This document shows, one piece after another, positions 61,179-64,000 of a stretch of 64,000 nt of DNA; position 1 is the stretch's first letter, and each line of letters starts with the position of its first letter. Below the pieces are notes generated by a model that had not been told where the DNA came from, ran no database searches, and was given only the letters and a program-made list of their open reading frames with translations. Source of the DNA: a virus (lineage: Duplodnaviria; Caudoviricetes); the IMG/VR virus record IMGVR_UViG_3300028581_000001, positions 896 to 64,895 of that record. One strand, given 5' to 3'. A program made the translations under genes and the position numbers.

Positions 61179-62293
61179 CTAGTTTTCAAGAAATAAATTA
61201 CTACTGAGTATTTTGCGTACTCAGCCTTTAACAGAAATAATAACATCAATTACTTGTCATCTATCTTTAGCGATAAGTAATTGTTTATATTTATCTGGAT
61301 ATGTTGAAAAATTTATAATAAAATTTTCATTATCATCATGGTACATTACTCTCATAGAATGATAAGTTTAATTTTATTTTGGATTTCGTTTACTTTTTTA
61401 TTAAATTCTGCCCTTAGTTTTTTGTTAGTAGGAGATCTAAATTTAAATCTTAGCTCCTCTAATTCATTGTTTAGCTCTAATAAGTTTTTGGTCATTATTA
61501 ATTAGGTTAATAATATTATCTTGTATAATTCTTATTTGCTTTTCAATTTGTTCATTTGTAACATGATCCATTTTAATATCAAATCTAAGATCTTCTATTG
61601 AATTGAATATATGTACTAGAGTCATAATAATAAAGTTATTTATATCTTTGATTTAATTCTTGAATTAAATATGTAATAACAAATGATTTGTTTTTAATAG
61701 TGTCAGTATTCAATACATAACACAAAGATAATACTAAAATTATCGTATAAAGCAAGAATATATTCGTTAAAATTTTCATATTATTTATTAAGTTTAGTGA
61801 TACATTTATTATAATATTCCGAAGTTATACATCAGTTAATCAAATCTCTAATTAATAACTTTCTAAATAACATTTCATTCTCCATGTCTATTAAAGCTTT
61901 ATTAGTTTTATTTTCAAGCTCAATATATTCTAATTCTTTTTGGTTCATACTACTGATGTTAAGATTCTATTATATTCTCTCATAACTGAAACCATAAGCT
62001 TTACATATTCTTCTTGATTTAAACTTCAATCTCTAAGTCTATTTCTTAATTGAAGTCTTTCAGCTTCAAATAATCTAGAAGCTTCATCATAATATTGCAT
62101 AGTAAATAAGTTAAGATCTTTGTTTATATTTTTTTCATTCCATTATCTGTACAAGTTTGCATTGAAATCTTTCAATACACATTAAGCATCATTGAGATTC
62201 AATAAGATCTCATATAGTATAAAACTTCTTTCAAGTCTCTTTATGTATTATAGAGTAGCCATTAAATGTTGGCTCAAGTTTTTTACACATCAT
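61179..62293 (-). other. Cluster of about 7 short hypothetical ORFs (e.g. 61179-61355, 61346-61495, 61781-61948)
   Basis: Tightly packed 40-60 codon ORFs; some boundaries uncertain. Confidence 0.45.
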
Positions 62294-62304
62294 ATTATTT
62301 TAAG

Positions 62305-62793
62305 TTATAATATAGTTATTGCTCATGAATCTCATTCGTTTGTATAAAAATTTACATCTCAAATTAATCATAAAGCATAATAGTCAAAATTATTAGAGAA
62401 AACTCTAGTAGAATATTTTCAATATTCCCACTTGAATATATCTCAACTTTGCACTGTTGCATTTATATCTAATGATTGTCATACACTATTTCAATTATTT
62501 AAATTATTAGTAATTCACCAAGACTGTATTAAAGTAGCTCATCTATATTGTCTTATTAAACTACATAGAGGTCAAGGATATGTAACTGGTCAAGATATAT
62601 TAGTATATCAATCAGTATAAACATAAAATGTCATTCTTATTTCTCAAGTAGTATTTATTTGTGCCACATTAATAAGTCATCATCAAGTTCGTGGATTAGT
62701 TAATCAAGACTTAGTTCATATCAACAATGTTCATGGAGTTATTGGTGTCGAATTATTAGATGATGTCATCATCATTGCTATTGGGAATGTCAT
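62305..62793 (-). CDS. Gly-rich beta protein, probably virion-associated (162 aa)
   Basis: MTFPIAMMM..; open with many TGA codons. Confidence 0.6.
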
Positions 62794-62800
62794 ATTTAAT

Positions 62801-63124
62801 TTATCATTTAAATAAAGGGTGTATATAGTTGATTGCAGTTACTATAACTCATACAGTTGCAACAGAAGTTCATATTATCCGAGCTGCTAACTTAAGAGAA
62901 TCTTTTTTAACAAATGCTTTCTCTGCATAAGTTCTCCGTTCTTTACTATCTGCATCATGTTTTATCTGCCAGTCTGTAATAAGTTTAGAAATCTTTTCTA
63001 TTTGGTGATCTTCATCTATCATGTGTCTATCTAATTTTGCATCAATTTTTTCAAATCATTTGTTTAAAAATTCCATAGTTATAGATAGTTCAGTAATAAG
63101 TTCTGTTGGTGGCTTTTTAGTCAT
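62801..63124 (-). CDS. Coiled coil plus C-terminal TM protein (XhlA/holin-associated type)
   Basis: LAA(CGG)IIGTSVATVGVIVTAINYI. Confidence 0.6.
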
Positions 63125-63128
63125 AGTC

Positions 63129-63305
63129 TTATTTATCAGGATTAACAGATAAAGACTTCTGGCCAAAGTAAAAACTGACAACCATTAAGGTTACACTTTT
63201 TAACGGCTCTCATACTTCTATACTTAAGAAGTTTAGTACTATAACACTCGTTACTATTAGTAGTAACGAGATCTTAGTAGCTGATTTTAGGATTGGTTCT
63301 TTCAT
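63129..63305 (-). CDS. Putative holin (58 aa)
   Basis: Two TM helices ending VVSFYFGQK. Confidence 0.7.
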
Positions 63306-63307
63306 AA

Positions 63308-63649
63308 TTATATAGTTAAGTAAATAGCTTGTGGATTTAATTCATCAGCTGGACGAATTAAAAAGTTTCATTCTACTTCTTGTTCTACTAGATTTGTATT
63401 TTCTCTTATATAAGTAATGGCTCATTCTCTAGCCATAAATTCAAGTCAATAGTTTCTTATTTCTTTTTCAGTAAATTCATTATCATTAGGACACTTAAAA
63501 AAGTATTCTGTAATAAAGTCATTCATTTTTAAATCTTCTATATAGATAGAATCAATTAATAGACTTTCTACTAGAGGATTTTCATTTTGTACACTTATTC
63601 TTTGTGTACCATTTGGATTAATTATCCACTTTCAAATTCAATAAATCAT
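63308..63649 (-). CDS. Hypothetical protein (113 aa), possible fibre chaperone
   Basis: Directly follows the LamG-domain gene. Confidence 0.6.
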
Positions 63650-63651
63650 AA

Positions 63652-64000
63652 TTAGGTAGTTAAGATATTAGGAACTATATATTGTGAAGCACTATCAGTA
63701 TAAAGTCTTAGTTTTTCTGCTGTTGTTAATACTCTGTTACAAAATCATACTTCTCATATACTTCAGTTTATATAAGCCTCTGTATTGTCTCAACGGTTTC
63801 AAATATTAAAATCTTTACTTGTATCTGCAACAATAGCTCAACTATTAGTTCAAGACGAGTTAGTTAAGCTTCATTCTGCACTTCATCAATTAATATTCAT
63901 AGAAATACTTGCTCTTCAAGAACTATCTCAACTAATAACTGCAAATACCCAATTTCAAGAATTTACAGTAGATGTGGATTGGTAGACATTAATTCAATAA
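63652..64000 (-). CDS. C-terminus of a LamG/concanavalin-like domain virion protein (partial)
   Basis: WVFAV..FNIGNR..YINGSIGEVGFCNRVLTTAEKLRLY. Confidence 0.75.

Noticed and set aside
61346-61495. Resemblance to ribosomal protein L29 (ELxxELxELRF)
   Set aside because: Generic short coiled coil lacking the conserved IARI-type C-terminal motif
243-63985. Most plus-strand ORFs in the supplied track
   Set aside because: They are antisense shadows of long minus-strand table-25 genes, Ser/Phe/Ile-rich and without motifs
1-64000. TGA=Trp (table 4) or widespread pseudogenisation
   Set aside because: TGA sits at invariant Gly positions and frames stay open for kilobases

Overview
This is most of a very AT-rich tailed (podovirus-like) phage genome that does not use the standard code, which is why the supplied ORF track is fragmented. 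TGA is read as Gly (table 25), shown by conserved Gly positions in Walker A, DxDGD and glycyl-radical motifs. In-frame CGG codons fall at conserved Trp positions. Together these point to an Absconditabacterales (SR1)/Gracilibacteria-type CPR host (inference). Almost all genes are on the minus strand. Layout: tail-fibre genes (1-2.2 kb); a non-coding, hairpin-dense block (2.3-6 kb); early and replication genes (6-23 kb), including a Rad50-like ATPase, an intein-containing Pif1 helicase, a PD-(D/E)XK nuclease, SSB, HNH and VRR-NUC nucleases and a stand-alone NrdD glycyl-radical peptide; endolysin, tail, ejection, capsid, portal and terminase genes (23.5-40.3 kb); a single 4461-codon ORF with two-barrel RNA polymerase motifs (40.3-53.7 kb); primase-helicase and replication initiator; a short plus-strand HU operon; and a metallophosphoesterase plus holin-like genes. 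The most striking candidate system is this putative virion RNA polymerase together with at least 8 copies of a bipartite element, TGTTTACAAAG-N16-18-TATAAAA, whose TATAAAA is the loop of a covarying hairpin. The element is confined to the early region, whereas the structural genes carry sigma70-like promoters. All translations were done by hand and no database search was run.
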